Below are positions 18,169 to 27,648 of a stretch of 64,000 nucleotides of DNA, piece after piece (position 1 is the stretch's first letter; every line of letters begins with the position of its first letter). The position numbers and the translations under genes are program-made. Under the pieces are notes generated by a model. That model did not search any database. It was not told where the DNA came from and saw nothing but the letters and a program-made list of their open reading frames with translations. Source of the stretch: an uncultured Nitrososphaerota archaeon (lineage in GTDB: Archaea; Korarchaeota; Korarchaeia; Korarchaeales; Korarchaeaceae); contig CAZQNA010000002.1 of the NCBI GenBank assembly GCA_964594835.1, positions 32,001 through 96,000 of the forward strand. The letters are read 5' to 3'.

Positions 18169-18564
18169 ATGGGAGATCTGGCCGAGAGAGTCCGCGCCTG
18201 CCTGGAGGAGTCTGACCTGAGGTTCGTCGAGCCCCAGGAGGGCACCTTCCTCGTCATGTTCGGGCTCGAGGAGTACACCGTCAGGGTCTTTCTGGTGATA
18301 GACGAGGAGAGGAGCAGGGTCGAGATATACTCCAACACCGATCCCCCGACTCCCGTCAGGGGGTTCGAGAGGTGGCTTCTGGAGCAGAACCCGGGGCTCA
18401 GCCACGTGAAGTACGGCTGCGACCCCTCCGGAGATCTCCTCGTGTCCGGAGAGGTGTGGGCCGACTCCGTGAACCCCGACCGGCTCAGCTCCCTGATCAT
18501 ATTCTCTGCGACGCTGGCTAGGGACTTCAGGGACAGGGCGCTGTCCGGGGCCGAGTCCTCCTAG
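18169..18564 (+). CDS. YbjN-like (T3SS chaperone-fold) protein
   Basis: About 130 aa; WLLEQN..L..VKYG.D..GD pattern typical of YbjN/CesT-like domains. Confidence 0.6.
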   Translation: MGDLAERVRACLEESDLRFVEPQEGTFLVMFGLEEYTVRVFLVIDEERSRVEIYSNTDPPTPVRGFERWLLEQNPGLSHVKYGCDPSGDLLVSGEVWADSVNPDRLSSLIIFSATLARDFRDRALSGAESS

Positions 18565-18610
18565 GCGGGCGTTGTCGGGCTCGTAACGGGAACCAGAGCG
18601 GGGGGCCAGC

Positions 18611-19423
18611 ATGGTCAGGGTCAGGAAGTGGGACGGCCGGCTGGAGGAGTTCGACCCCAGAAAGCTCGAGAGGACCCTCATCAGGGCCGGGGCGGACAGG
18701 GAGATGGCTCAAGAGGTTGTCAGGCGCGTGGAGGCAGAGCTTTACGACGGCATCCCGACGGGGGAGCTCCTCAGGATCGCCCTGGGGACGCTCAGGGACA
18801 TGGAGCGCCACGAGGTCGCGGCTAGGTACGACCTCAAGCGGGCGATCATGAGACTCGGACCCAGCGGGTATCCCTTCGAGAGGTTCGTGGCCAGGGTACT
18901 GGAGGCCCACGGCCACAGGGTCCTCCACGTTGGCAGGGTGTACAGGGGGACCTGCGTGGAGCAGGAGGTTGACGTGGCCGTGGAGTCCGGCGGGAGGAGG
19001 ATAATGGTAGAGTGCAAGTTCCACAACTCCCAGGGGATCTACACGGACCTGAAGCCGGCTATGTACACCCACGCCAGGTTCCTAGACCTCAGAGAGCACT
19101 TCGACGGTGCCTGGCTCGTCACGAACACCAGGGTCACGGAGGCTGCCAGGAGGTACGCCGAGTGCGTCGGCCTCAGGGTCACCTGGTGGGACGGGCCGGA
19201 GGGGGAGAGCCTGAGGGAGATGATCGACGGGGCCGGGCTGTATCCTGTGACCTCGCTCGATGGGCCCGGATGGGCCATCAGGACCCTCGTCTCGTCGGGA
19301 GTGGTCACCCTCGGAGAGCTCGCGAGCCTGGGGGAGAGGGGGGCGGAGCGCCTCGGTCTGCCGGAGGAGACGGCGCGGAGGCTGGTCTCGGTTGCGAGGC
19401 TCGTCGCGGGGGACTCGGGGTAG
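18611..19423 (+). CDS. ATP-cone domain plus Mrr-like PD-(D/E)xK endonuclease
   Basis: V.KWDGR.EEFD..K ATP cone; G..FE.FV, EVDV..MVECK and LVTN; helical C-terminus. Confidence 0.85.
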   Translation: MVRVRKWDGRLEEFDPRKLERTLIRAGADREMAQEVVRRVEAELYDGIPTGELLRIALGTLRDMERHEVAARYDLKRAIMRLGPSGYPFERFVARVLEAHGHRVLHVGRVYRGTCVEQEVDVAVESGGRRIMVECKFHNSQGIYTDLKPAMYTHARFLDLREHFDGAWLVTNTRVTEAARRYAECVGLRVTWWDGPEGESLREMIDGAGLYPVTSLDGPGWAIRTLVSSGVVTLGELASLGERGAERLGLPEETARRLVSVARLVAGDSG

Positions 19424-19456
19424 TCCCTTTATACCACGGGCGGCGGGTCGAGGGAG

Positions 19457-20713
19457 ATGCGGAAGACCCTCGCGGCGGCGGCCGCGTTGATGGTCGCGGT
19501 GGCCATCGCCTCCCTGGCGCTGACGAGGCGCGGCGGGGTGGAGTCTGCGGGCCCCCCGCCGTTCGACATGGAGGAGATACTCAGGAACGAGACACTCCAC
19601 ATCGTGATTGGGACCAGCGAGCCGTACAGCTACCAGGACATGGCATTCGCGGTGACCGTGCTCCGCTTCGACAGCCTCTCGTACAGGGGGCGGACGTGGA
19701 CCCACCGGGCAATACTGATAGAGCCCCTCGGGACGCCCTCGGACGCCGCGGCGATCGTGGTCCTTGGCCCCGGGGAGGCCAACGACGAGTTCCTGGAGGC
19801 GTTCGGGATCAGGGCTGCAGCGGAGGCGGGGGTCCCCGTCCTCCTCCTCTACGACCTCCCGCCTGAGGTCTCCGCCGGGGAGGGGCTGTCGGCCGTCTTG
19901 GACTCGATTCGGAGCGTGAACTCAACGGCCCCCGACGAGGACTTCCTCATCCACGCGATGGCCGCCGCGATAATGAGGGCCGCGACCCTGGTAAGCGCGG
20001 TGAGCCCGTCTCACCCCGAGAGGTTCGTCGTCTCCGGAGTAGGGGTGTCCGGGTGGGCCGCAGCCGTGGCCGGGGCCGCCGACCCCAGGATAGTCGGGGT
20101 CGAGCTCAGGAGCCCGGCAGCCTGGGACCTCAGGGGCGGAGCAGGGTCCTCGCCCGACCTCCTGGAGGCCCTCTCATCGATCCCGGAGGAGGCTCAGCGC
20201 AGGATAGTGGAACGCTACGACCCGCTCTCGCTCCTCCAGGGGGAGGGCCTGCCCGTCCTCGTCTCGGTGGAGGCGGGCGCCGCCTGCGGGGCCGAGGGGA
20301 TGCTGAGGAGCGAGGCCCTCCTGGCGGTGACGATAGTGCCGGGGGAGGAGGGGGGACTGGAGAACGCGACGATGGCCCAGTCCGGCGCGGCCTGGAGGGC
20401 CTTCCTCAAGCACGTTGTCAGGGGGGCCCCTCTCCCGGAGGTCGGGGCCCCATCGGTCGAGGCGGACGGGCCCTCCTACAGGGTGACCGTGAGGGTCTCG
20501 GGGGAGGGGGCCATCGTCAGGAACGTGAACCTGTGGTACAGGTCCGCCGAGGGCGGGTGGAGGTCCCTCGGGATGGAGACCTCGGACGGCAGGAACTTCA
20601 CGTGCGAGGTGCCCGCCTCTGAGGGGTGCGTGCCGATGTACGCCACCGTCTGGTTCACCTCGGGCGGGTCCGACGGCTTCCTGAGCTCTCCACCCGTCTG
20701 CGCGGCTCCTTGA
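19457..20713 (+). CDS. PqaA (PhoPQ-activated pathogenicity-related)-like alpha/beta hydrolase, degenerate
   Basis: N-terminal anchor, S..Y.G..W.H, M..A..RA, FVVSG....GW.A..A.A.DPR; Ig-like C-terminus. Confidence 0.65.
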   Translation: MRKTLAAAAALMVAVAIASLALTRRGGVESAGPPPFDMEEILRNETLHIVIGTSEPYSYQDMAFAVTVLRFDSLSYRGRTWTHRAILIEPLGTPSDAAAIVVLGPGEANDEFLEAFGIRAAAEAGVPVLLLYDLPPEVSAGEGLSAVLDSIRSVNSTAPDEDFLIHAMAAAIMRAATLVSAVSPSHPERFVVSGVGVSGWAAAVAGAADPRIVGVELRSPAAWDLRGGAGSSPDLLEALSSIPEEAQRRIVERYDPLSLLQGEGLPVLVSVEAGAACGAEGMLRSEALLAVTIVPGEEGGLENATMAQSGAAWRAFLKHVVRGAPLPEVGAPSVEADGPSYRVTVRVSGEGAIVRNVNLWYRSAEGGWRSLGMETSDGRNFTCEVPASEGCVPMYATVWFTSGGSDGFLSSPPVCAAP

Positions 20714-20729
20714 GGGGGGGTGGTCTGGA

Positions 20730-22421
20730 GTGCCTCCGATACTGGGTCGACGCCGGCCCTCCCGGAGGAGGGGGACCAAGGCGTGGGAGAGGTACGAGAT
20801 CATAAGGAGGGCGGCGGCCTACTTCGGCCGGGAGATCGACGAGGACAGGGCCTGGGAGTCGGCCAGGTCCATAACGGCCGAGGAGCTCAGGAACTTCCTC
20901 AGGGACCTGGGCCCCGGCCCGGACTTCAGGTTCAGCGGAAGGTTCTACACGGTCAGGGGCTCCGAGCTTGAGGAGAGGGGCTCCTGGGACGAGGTCAGGG
21001 AGGCGGTGGCCGAGACCGCCAGGGTCTGGGGGGAGTCCGCGGTCAGGGCCCTGGAGATCCTGATGGGGGCGACAGGCGGCCTCACCGAGAGGGAGTTCTC
21101 GGCCAGGCTCAAGGTCGAGGGCGTCCCCTACTCCAGGGAGTTCCTGAGGTGGCTCCTGGACGTGGGGCTGGCCGTCAAGGTTCCGGACGGGAGGATATGC
21201 GGCCTGGAAGAGGCCAGGAAGCCCGTAAAGGACGCGATCGAGGAGCTGAAGTCCGAGTACAGGCGCATGGACCCGGCCGCAAGGTCGGAGATGCCCGAGA
21301 TAATGAGGATGGAGGCGGAGTTCCAGGCCGTCCTGAGGGAGGTCCTGGAGAGGGGGATCGACGAGGTCCTGGAGTTTGGCAGGGGGTTCTCCTCCACGGC
21401 GCTGGCGGAGAGGCTGAGATCGACCTTCGGGGACCTCCTGTACTACGACGTCCTGCTGGCCATCGCCCAGCAGTACTCGATAGCCGACGCCCCGGTCGTC
21501 TCAGCCGCGACCGGCACGGTGACCATGCGGACGGGGTTCAACCTGGCCCTCTTCGGGGAGCCGGGGACGGGGAAGAGCTTCTCTATAGCGACGATGATCC
21601 TCGGAGACGAGAGGAGGGCCATACCGCCCCACGGGCTCCCGGGGAGGAACAGGTACTGCGGGGGCATGACGCCCGCCAAGTTCATCAGGCTGGGCCAGGC
21701 GTACGAGGGCCTAAAGTACAACTTCATAGTACCGGAGTTCAACGACTGGTTCCGCTACCGCGGGATGGTCGAGGCCCTGAAGCTGGCCATGGAGCACGGG
21801 ACCATAAGGTACGAGACCGCCCGCAGGACCATAGGTCCATACAGATTCACGTGCTTCCTCAGCGTGGCGTACAACACCAGGGTCGGCCTCAGGGGGTACG
21901 AGGTGACGGTCTCCGACCCCAACTTCAACGCCATCGAGGAGAGGATGCTCTGCAGGCTCCACCGCATGACCAAGGAGAGGTACGTGGAGATCGCAAAGAA
22001 GCAGATGGAGATGGCCCTCGGTAGGGTGAGGCTGGAGGGCTCCGAGACCCTGAGGGCCCACCTCACGCTGGTCCACGCGGCCGAGACGGGCCACCCGCTC
22101 GTGAGGGGGAGGCTGGCCGAGAGGCCGGTGGTGGTGGACGAGGGGGTCTACGAGGCCGTCTCGAAGGCGAGGGACGCCGTCCTCTCTGAGATACCGGGGG
22201 ACAGGCCCGGGTTCTCTCCTAGGCTCGAGATAAGGGCGATACAGCTGGCGTCGGCTCTCGCTCTGATGAGGTACTTCGCCGAAGACTCGGAGGATCCGAT
22301 AAGTGTGGACGACGGCTCCCTGAAGCTGGCGATCAGGTTCTACGTTGAGGAGGCGGCCGTCAGGTCGAGGGAGCTGTTCGACCCCTCTGAGGTGCTGGCG
22401 AAGCTGGGCGCGGGCGCCTGA
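20730..22421 (+). CDS. MCM-like AAA+ ATPase with non-MCM N-terminus
   Basis: LFGEPGTGKS, FIVPEFND, ALKLAMEHGTI, sensor-1 AYN, AIEER and SPRLE.R..QLA.ALA. Confidence 0.7.
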   Translation: MPPILGRRRPSRRRGTKAWERYEIIRRAAAYFGREIDEDRAWESARSITAEELRNFLRDLGPGPDFRFSGRFYTVRGSELEERGSWDEVREAVAETARVWGESAVRALEILMGATGGLTEREFSARLKVEGVPYSREFLRWLLDVGLAVKVPDGRICGLEEARKPVKDAIEELKSEYRRMDPAARSEMPEIMRMEAEFQAVLREVLERGIDEVLEFGRGFSSTALAERLRSTFGDLLYYDVLLAIAQQYSIADAPVVSAATGTVTMRTGFNLALFGEPGTGKSFSIATMILGDERRAIPPHGLPGRNRYCGGMTPAKFIRLGQAYEGLKYNFIVPEFNDWFRYRGMVEALKLAMEHGTIRYETARRTIGPYRFTCFLSVAYNTRVGLRGYEVTVSDPNFNAIEERMLCRLHRMTKERYVEIAKKQMEMALGRVRLEGSETLRAHLTLVHAAETGHPLVRGRLAERPVVVDEGVYEAVSKARDAVLSEIPGDRPGFSPRLEIRAIQLASALALMRYFAEDSEDPISVDDGSLKLAIRFYVEEAAVRSRELFDPSEVLAKLGAGA

Positions 22422-22430
22422 GCTGGGGGC

Positions 22431-23843
22431 TCACGACAGCTCCTGGAGAATGACCCTTACCCTGCTCAGCTTCTCTGACAGAAGCCGTACCTCGCTCTGA
22501 AGCCTCCTCCTCTCAAACCACTTCCTCAGCCCTCCGAAGATCCCGCCGCCCGACTCCTCGAGGAACCTCAGCCTCAGCTGCCTGTCCTGGAGCGCGGCCT
22601 CTATTATCAGCTCGGAGAGCCTCGCCTCCCTCCTGAAGGGCTCGATCCTCCTCTCGACCCCGCCGAGCGCCTCCTCGTACTCCTCCCTCAGGAACTCATA
22701 GACCTCCTCGCGCATCTCCCCCCTGGACTCCTCCAGGAGTTCGAGCATCCTCCTGAGCTCGTTCCTCCTTCTCACTAGCTCCGCCAGCTCATCCGACTCG
22801 AGCCTCTCGCTTGGCATCTCCCAGGCTGCCTCCAGGCCAGGCCTTCGCTTGGCGGCCTCTTCGGCCCCTCTCCGCCTCGCCCTCTTGGGCTCCCCGGTCT
22901 CAACCTCCTCCCGGGCCCGCTTCCCCTCGGGCGCCTCCGCACGCTTCCGCTCCGGCGCCTGGGCCTCCATCAGGGCCGAGACGTCGGAAGTGATGTAGGA
23001 GACCACCTCGGCCAGGCTTGGGGGAGGCCTGGGCTTGACGAGCGGGGTGGTGCCCAGGTGGGCGGTCCTAACCGGGCCCACCTTGACGAACCCCGGCCTG
23101 TCGACGAAGGGGCCCTCGACGTAGGCCTCTCCGGGGTTCAGCTGCTTTATCCTCCTCGTCACCTCCCTGTCCAGCCCGAGGAACCTGCTGATCACCCCGA
23201 CGTCCGCGTTGTACTCGACCCTCAGGACGATCTTGTTCTCCGCCTGGCTCAGGAGGGTCTTGGAGACTAGCTGGGGCCTCTGGGTCGTGAACAAGAGGCC
23301 CACACCCCTCTTTCTGCCCCTGGTGGCGAGCGCGTTGACCCAGAGCTCGGTCTGGGAGGCGTACTTGCCGAGCTGGCTCTTTGCACCCCTCTCGGGGGCG
23401 AGTTCCCTGGCCTCGTCGATCATCACCAGGAAGCCGCTCCCCCTCTGCTCCATGAGCTCCCTGATCAGGTCTGAGACGAGCCCCGCCGCGACGTCGGGCT
23501 TGGACACGTACATGGAGAGGTCGAGGACGAAGCTCACTCCCCTGACCGCCGCCTTGGCGAGCCTCTTGATCGAGCCCCCGCCCGCGAGGTCCACGTCTCC
23601 CTTGGGTGACACAACGAGCATCTCGTACTCGTCGGCCAGGCTGACGTGCTCTCCCTCGGGGTCGATTATCCCGATGGGGTAGCCGGCGTCGAGGAGCTGC
23701 TCGGCTATCCTCCTGAGCGTCCACGACTTTCCGTAGCCGGTCTTGGCTATTACGGCCGTGCGGCCCGTCATGAGCTTAGATATCTTCAGTTCGCAGGGCT
23801 CCTCTGAATCGAGGTAGGCCCCCAGCTCCACGGTGGCAGACAT
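22431..23843 (-). CDS. HerA/DUF87-family ATPase with C-terminal coiled coil
   Basis: AKTGYGKS, IIDPEGEH, IDEA, RGRKRG and TQRPQ..K..LSQ. ATG start at 23843. Confidence 0.88.
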   Translation of the reverse strand: MSATVELGAYLDSEEPCELKISKLMTGRTAVIAKTGYGKSWTLRRIAEQLLDAGYPIGIIDPEGEHVSLADEYEMLVVSPKGDVDLAGGGSIKRLAKAAVRGVSFVLDLSMYVSKPDVAAGLVSDLIRELMEQRGSGFLVMIDEARELAPERGAKSQLGKYASQTELWVNALATRGRKRGVGLLFTTQRPQLVSKTLLSQAENKIVLRVEYNADVGVISRFLGLDREVTRRIKQLNPGEAYVEGPFVDRPGFVKVGPVRTAHLGTTPLVKPRPPPSLAEVVSYITSDVSALMEAQAPERKRAEAPEGKRAREEVETGEPKRARRRGAEEAAKRRPGLEAAWEMPSERLESDELAELVRRRNELRRMLELLEESRGEMREEVYEFLREEYEEALGGVERRIEPFRREARLSELIIEAALQDRQLRLRFLEESGGGIFGGLRKWFERRRLQSEVRLLSEKLSRVRVILQELS

Positions 23844-24208
23844 CGCCCCTTGAACGTCCCGGGGGGCAGAGATTAAAGCGGCACCAGCGGCGCGCCGCCG
23901 ACGCGGGGACTTCACGCCGTCAGATGAATCAGGCGTTGGCAGGGGAGAGAGGGCCTAGCTGCGGCCCCGGGGTGCTTAAACATCCTCCGGAGCCGCTCGC
24001 CGAGCCCAACGCGCCCGACCACGAACTCTCCGCGCCCGACCATGGTCCCCATCCTGCTCATCCGCGCGTGCCTCCTTCATCCTCTCATCCACTTCACCTG
24101 AGATGCTCTGGAGGTTTGGGGCTATTTAGCGTCTCGGACATTTTGTTCTATGCGGGAGAGAGGCTCCGAGCATTTCGACCGGATGCGGCCCCTGAGCTTT
24201 CGGTCCCA

Positions 24209-25015
24209 CTACGGCCTGAGGTGCCTCACCACCGGGAACGGGGGCGGGTTCCTCTTGTGCCAGCTCCTCTCCCTCAGCTCTATGACCCTCCTGACCACGG
24301 CCTCCTCGACCCCGGTGGCCTCGGGGATCTCCCTCGGCTCCATGTTGAGGTCGAGAAGCGCGTGCAGGACGAGATCCACCTGATCGTAGCTCAGACCGAG
24401 CTCACCCTCCGCCGTCTGCCCCGGCCAGAGCCCCGGGGAGCTGGGCTTTGACGCTATCTCCTCCGGTATCCCCAGCTGTCTGGCTAGCTCCCTGACCTGC
24501 GTCTTGAAGAGGTCCGCGATCGGCAGGAAGTCGGCGGCCCCGTCCCCGTACTTGGTGAAGTAGCCTATCTCTATCTCGCTCCTGTCTTCCGTGCCCGCGA
24601 CCAGGAGGTTCCAGGAGTTCGCCAGGTAGTAGAGGACGGTCATCCGCACCCTGGGCCTTATGTTGGCCCTGCTTATCCTGTCCCCCGGCGGGAGGAGCCT
24701 CTCGAACTCCCCCACTATCGGCGTGACGTCCACCCACTCCACCTCGACGCCGAGGGACTCGGCGAGGGCCGCGGCGTCCTCCACGTCCTCCCTCGGGGTG
24801 ACGCCCTCCTCTGGCATGAGGACGACGGTCACGGCCTCCCTCCCGAGCCCCTCCACCAGGAGCGCCGCCGTGAGGGCCGAGTCGACGCCGCCGCTGAGGC
24901 CGACCACGGCCCCGTCGGCGCCGGCGGACTCCACCATCCTCCTGCAGAAGGACGATATCTCTTCGGCGACCTCGCCCCACCTGAGCTCGAGGTCGGCGGG
25001 GGTGACGCGCGGCAT
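24209..25015 (-). CDS. nadE: NH3-dependent NAD+ synthetase
   Basis: GLSGGVDS, NI.PR.RM, GYFTKYGDG and PS..LW.GQT.E.ELG. Confidence 0.95.
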   Translation of the reverse strand: MPRVTPADLELRWGEVAEEISSFCRRMVESAGADGAVVGLSGGVDSALTAALLVEGLGREAVTVVLMPEEGVTPREDVEDAAALAESLGVEVEWVDVTPIVGEFERLLPPGDRISRANIRPRVRMTVLYYLANSWNLLVAGTEDRSEIEIGYFTKYGDGAADFLPIADLFKTQVRELARQLGIPEEIASKPSSPGLWPGQTAEGELGLSYDQVDLVLHALLDLNMEPREIPEATGVEEAVVRRVIELRERSWHKRNPPPFPVVRHLRP

Positions 25016-25099
25016 CGCACCGCCGCCCGCGGCCCACAGTATTAACGTCTCCGCGCGCGTGGAGCGTCAGTTATATCGAACCCGCCGGCCTGGGCGGCG

Positions 25100-26329
25100 G
25101 TGGAGATGCGGGGCCGGGAGGGTGAGCGCGGGGTCAGGCCGTTTTACGTGGTGACCGGCGAGGAGATCAGGGCCGGGAGGGTCGTGGACGTCTACTTCCT
25201 CAGGACCATGGAGACCCTCAGGCACCTCGGCCTCCAGGACACGAGGGTCGTGGCGGAGATAGCCGCAAGGAGCCTCCCCAGGTCCAGGAGGGGGGGAAGG
25301 TTCGAGTGGGGCGTTCTGGCTGGCGTCGAGGAGGTCGTCAGGCTCCTGGAGGGTAGAAACGTGGACCTCTACTCCCTCCCCGACGGGAGCCTGTTCGAGC
25401 CGGGGCTGCCGGTCATGAGGATAGAGGGGCCCTACTCGGAGTTCGGCCCGCTCGAGACCTCAATCCTGGGGTTCCTGTGCTCCATGTCTGGAGTCGCCAC
25501 GGCCGCGGCGCACGTGAAGGTGGCGGCCGGCGGGAGGCCTGTGGTGAACTTCGGCATCAGGAGGAACCACCCGGCCATCTCCCTCGCGATAGAGAGGGCG
25601 AGCCTGATAGGCGGCCTGGACGGCTCCTCCGGCATACTCCTGGAGGAGATTGGCTTCAAGCCGGTAGGCACGATGCCGCACGCCCTCATCATAATCGCTG
25701 GTGACCAGGTCACGGCCTGGAGGGCGTTCGATGAGGCCGTGCCGGAGGACGTCCCCAGGATAGCGCTGGTGGACACGCTTTGCGACGAGAAGACGGAGGC
25801 TCTCAAGGCCGCTGAGGCCCTGGGGGAGAGGCTGTACGGGGTGAGGCTCGACACCCCCTCCTCCAGAAGGGGGAGGATGGAGGAGATAGTCAGGGAGGTT
25901 CGGTGGGAGCTCGACCTCCGCGGCTTCAACCACGTCAAGATATTCGTGTCTGGCGGCCTGGACGAGGTGTCCGTGGAGAGCCTCGCGAGGGCCGGGGCCG
26001 ACGCCTTCGGCGTGGGGAGCAGGATATGCGGGGCCGACCCGGTGGACTTCGGCATGGACGTGGTGGAGGTGGAGGGCGAGCCGAGGGCCAAGAGGGGCAT
26101 AAGGTCAGGGGCCAAGGACGTCTTCAGGTGCCCCAGGTGCCTCAGGTACACCGTTCTGCCGAAGGGCCCCGAGCCTCCAGAGTGCCCCGAGTGCGGTGTC
26201 AGGACCGAGGGGGCCTATGTGAAGTACCTGGAGGGCGGCAGGCTGGTCGCCGACCTCCCGCCCACCGCCGAGCTGAGGGAGAGGACCCTCTCCCAGCTCA
26301 GGAGGCTGGGCCTCCTGCCGGCCGGTTAG
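25100..26329 (+). CDS. pncB: Nicotinate phosphoribosyltransferase (archaeal type, C-terminal Zn ribbon)
   Basis: DVYF, FG.RR.HP, GTMPH, LVDT, VRLDTPSSRRG, SGG and CxxC..CxxC. Confidence 0.92.
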   Translation: MEMRGREGERGVRPFYVVTGEEIRAGRVVDVYFLRTMETLRHLGLQDTRVVAEIAARSLPRSRRGGRFEWGVLAGVEEVVRLLEGRNVDLYSLPDGSLFEPGLPVMRIEGPYSEFGPLETSILGFLCSMSGVATAAAHVKVAAGGRPVVNFGIRRNHPAISLAIERASLIGGLDGSSGILLEEIGFKPVGTMPHALIIIAGDQVTAWRAFDEAVPEDVPRIALVDTLCDEKTEALKAAEALGERLYGVRLDTPSSRRGRMEEIVREVRWELDLRGFNHVKIFVSGGLDEVSVESLARAGADAFGVGSRICGADPVDFGMDVVEVEGEPRAKRGIRSGAKDVFRCPRCLRYTVLPKGPEPPECPECGVRTEGAYVKYLEGGRLVADLPPTAELRERTLSQLRRLGLLPAG

Positions 26330-26420
26330 CCCGACCCGCCGGCCCTCTGGGCCCCTTAGCCGGCCGGGGAGGAGACCAAGCGTTCAGAGTGTTTAAATCC
26401 GCGGGCCGAGATTTAGCCGT

Positions 26421-27182
26421 ATGAGCTACAAGGTCAACTCGTTCTACTACTACGTTCAGGATCTGAGCGAGTACTTCGAGAGCTTCGTCGAGAGGCTCAT
26501 GACCCAGCTGGCCCTAGAGGGCACGGCCATTTCGGACAAGGAGATCTCTGAGGACTTCGCCAGGATGAAGGTCCGGTACATGGACGAGAGGGGGACGCTG
26601 GTGGCGGCTCCCGTGGACAGGGACATCAAGGTGGTCTACGAGGTCGAGGGGGGAGGGATAGTCAGGAAGTCCCTCTGGGGCGCCATAACCGGGGGAGGCC
26701 TGGCCAGCCTGGCCAGCGGCCTGCTGGGGGGCGACGTTGACAGCATCAAGAGCGCGCTCACCGGTGCCGTGGTGGGAGGGGCGTACGGCCTCAAGGACGG
26801 CTTCGAGACGGCCATGGAGGACGCCACCAACTTCTCCAGGCTTCTGGCCCACGCTATTAGGAGCGTGGAGGAGGAGCTGAAGCAGATCAAGAGGGGCAAG
26901 GAGGCTGCCATAGAGGAGAGGAGGAGAGAGGAGAAGGAGCTTAAGGAGAGGCTCGAGGAGATCTACGCCGAGGCGGTGACGGTGGGCGAGGAGATAGATC
27001 TGCTCGACTCGGAGGGGAAGGACGTGGCGAAGGCCAGGGCCCGGTACGAGAAGGCCCTGGAGCTCCTGGACGAGGCCGACGACGCCCTGAAGAGGGGCAA
27101 GGAGATGCTGGCCAAGGCCAAGATAAGGTCGGCGGAGAGGATGGTCCAGCTGGCCCGGGACGAGCTGGCAAAGGTCGGGTGA
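26421..27182 (+). CDS. Hypothetical protein with glycine-zipper helices and long coiled coil
   Basis: GAITGGGLASLASG..GAVVGGAYG followed by E/K/R-rich heptads; TTTAAA box about 25 bp upstream. Confidence 0.8.
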   Translation: MSYKVNSFYYYVQDLSEYFESFVERLMTQLALEGTAISDKEISEDFARMKVRYMDERGTLVAAPVDRDIKVVYEVEGGGIVRKSLWGAITGGGLASLASGLLGGDVDSIKSALTGAVVGGAYGLKDGFETAMEDATNFSRLLAHAIRSVEEELKQIKRGKEAAIEERRREEKELKERLEEIYAEAVTVGEEIDLLDSEGKDVAKARARYEKALELLDEADDALKRGKEMLAKAKIRSAERMVQLARDELAKVG

Positions 27183-27192
27183 AGCCGGGAGT

Positions 27193-27648
27193 TCAGCCCA
27201 GAACCCGGGACGGCACCCCCTCGGCCTCCGCCGCCTCGGCCAGCCTGGAGTCCCCCGTGAGGAGCACCTCCGCCCGCACGTGCTTCGCGGTGGAGATCTG
27301 AAGGGCGTCTGCGACGTACAGGTGCCGCCTCTCAAGTATCCTCCAGCTCTCCGCGAGCAGCGACGACTTGACAGGCACCAGGGACAACGCGCCCAGCCTC
27401 CACATCCTCAGGGTCTCTGAAAGAAAGCGGGAGCGGGCCGTCGAGTGGGCCGAGGCGTCGAGCCTCCCCAGCCTGAGGGCTCTGTCCAGCGCGCCCAGCA
27501 CCTCCCCCACGTTCCAGATGCTCATGGAGAGGGTGACCTCACCGGAGTACGCCCTGATGTACGCCTTCCGAGCCTCCTCGCTCCCCTCCTCCAGGACGTA
27601 CCTCTTGATGCACGCGCTGCTATCCAGATACACCACCGGCCCTGGCAT
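27193..27648 (-). CDS. vapC: VapC/PIN-domain toxin
   Basis: YLDSSA..KRY..E.GS, E, DALQI.TA and TGD..L. Confidence 0.9.
   Translation of the reverse strand: MPGPVVYLDSSACIKRYVLEEGSEEARKAYIRAYSGEVTLSMSIWNVGEVLGALDRALRLGRLDASAHSTARSRFLSETLRMWRLGALSLVPVKSSLLAESWRILERRHLYVADALQISTAKHVRAEVLLTGDSRLAEAAEAEGVPSRVLG

Noticed and set aside
20730-23843. MCM-like plus HerA-like genes as the core of an integrated virus or plasmid
   Set aside because: No integrase, att repeats, capsid-like genes or compositional shift; flanked by ordinary genes.
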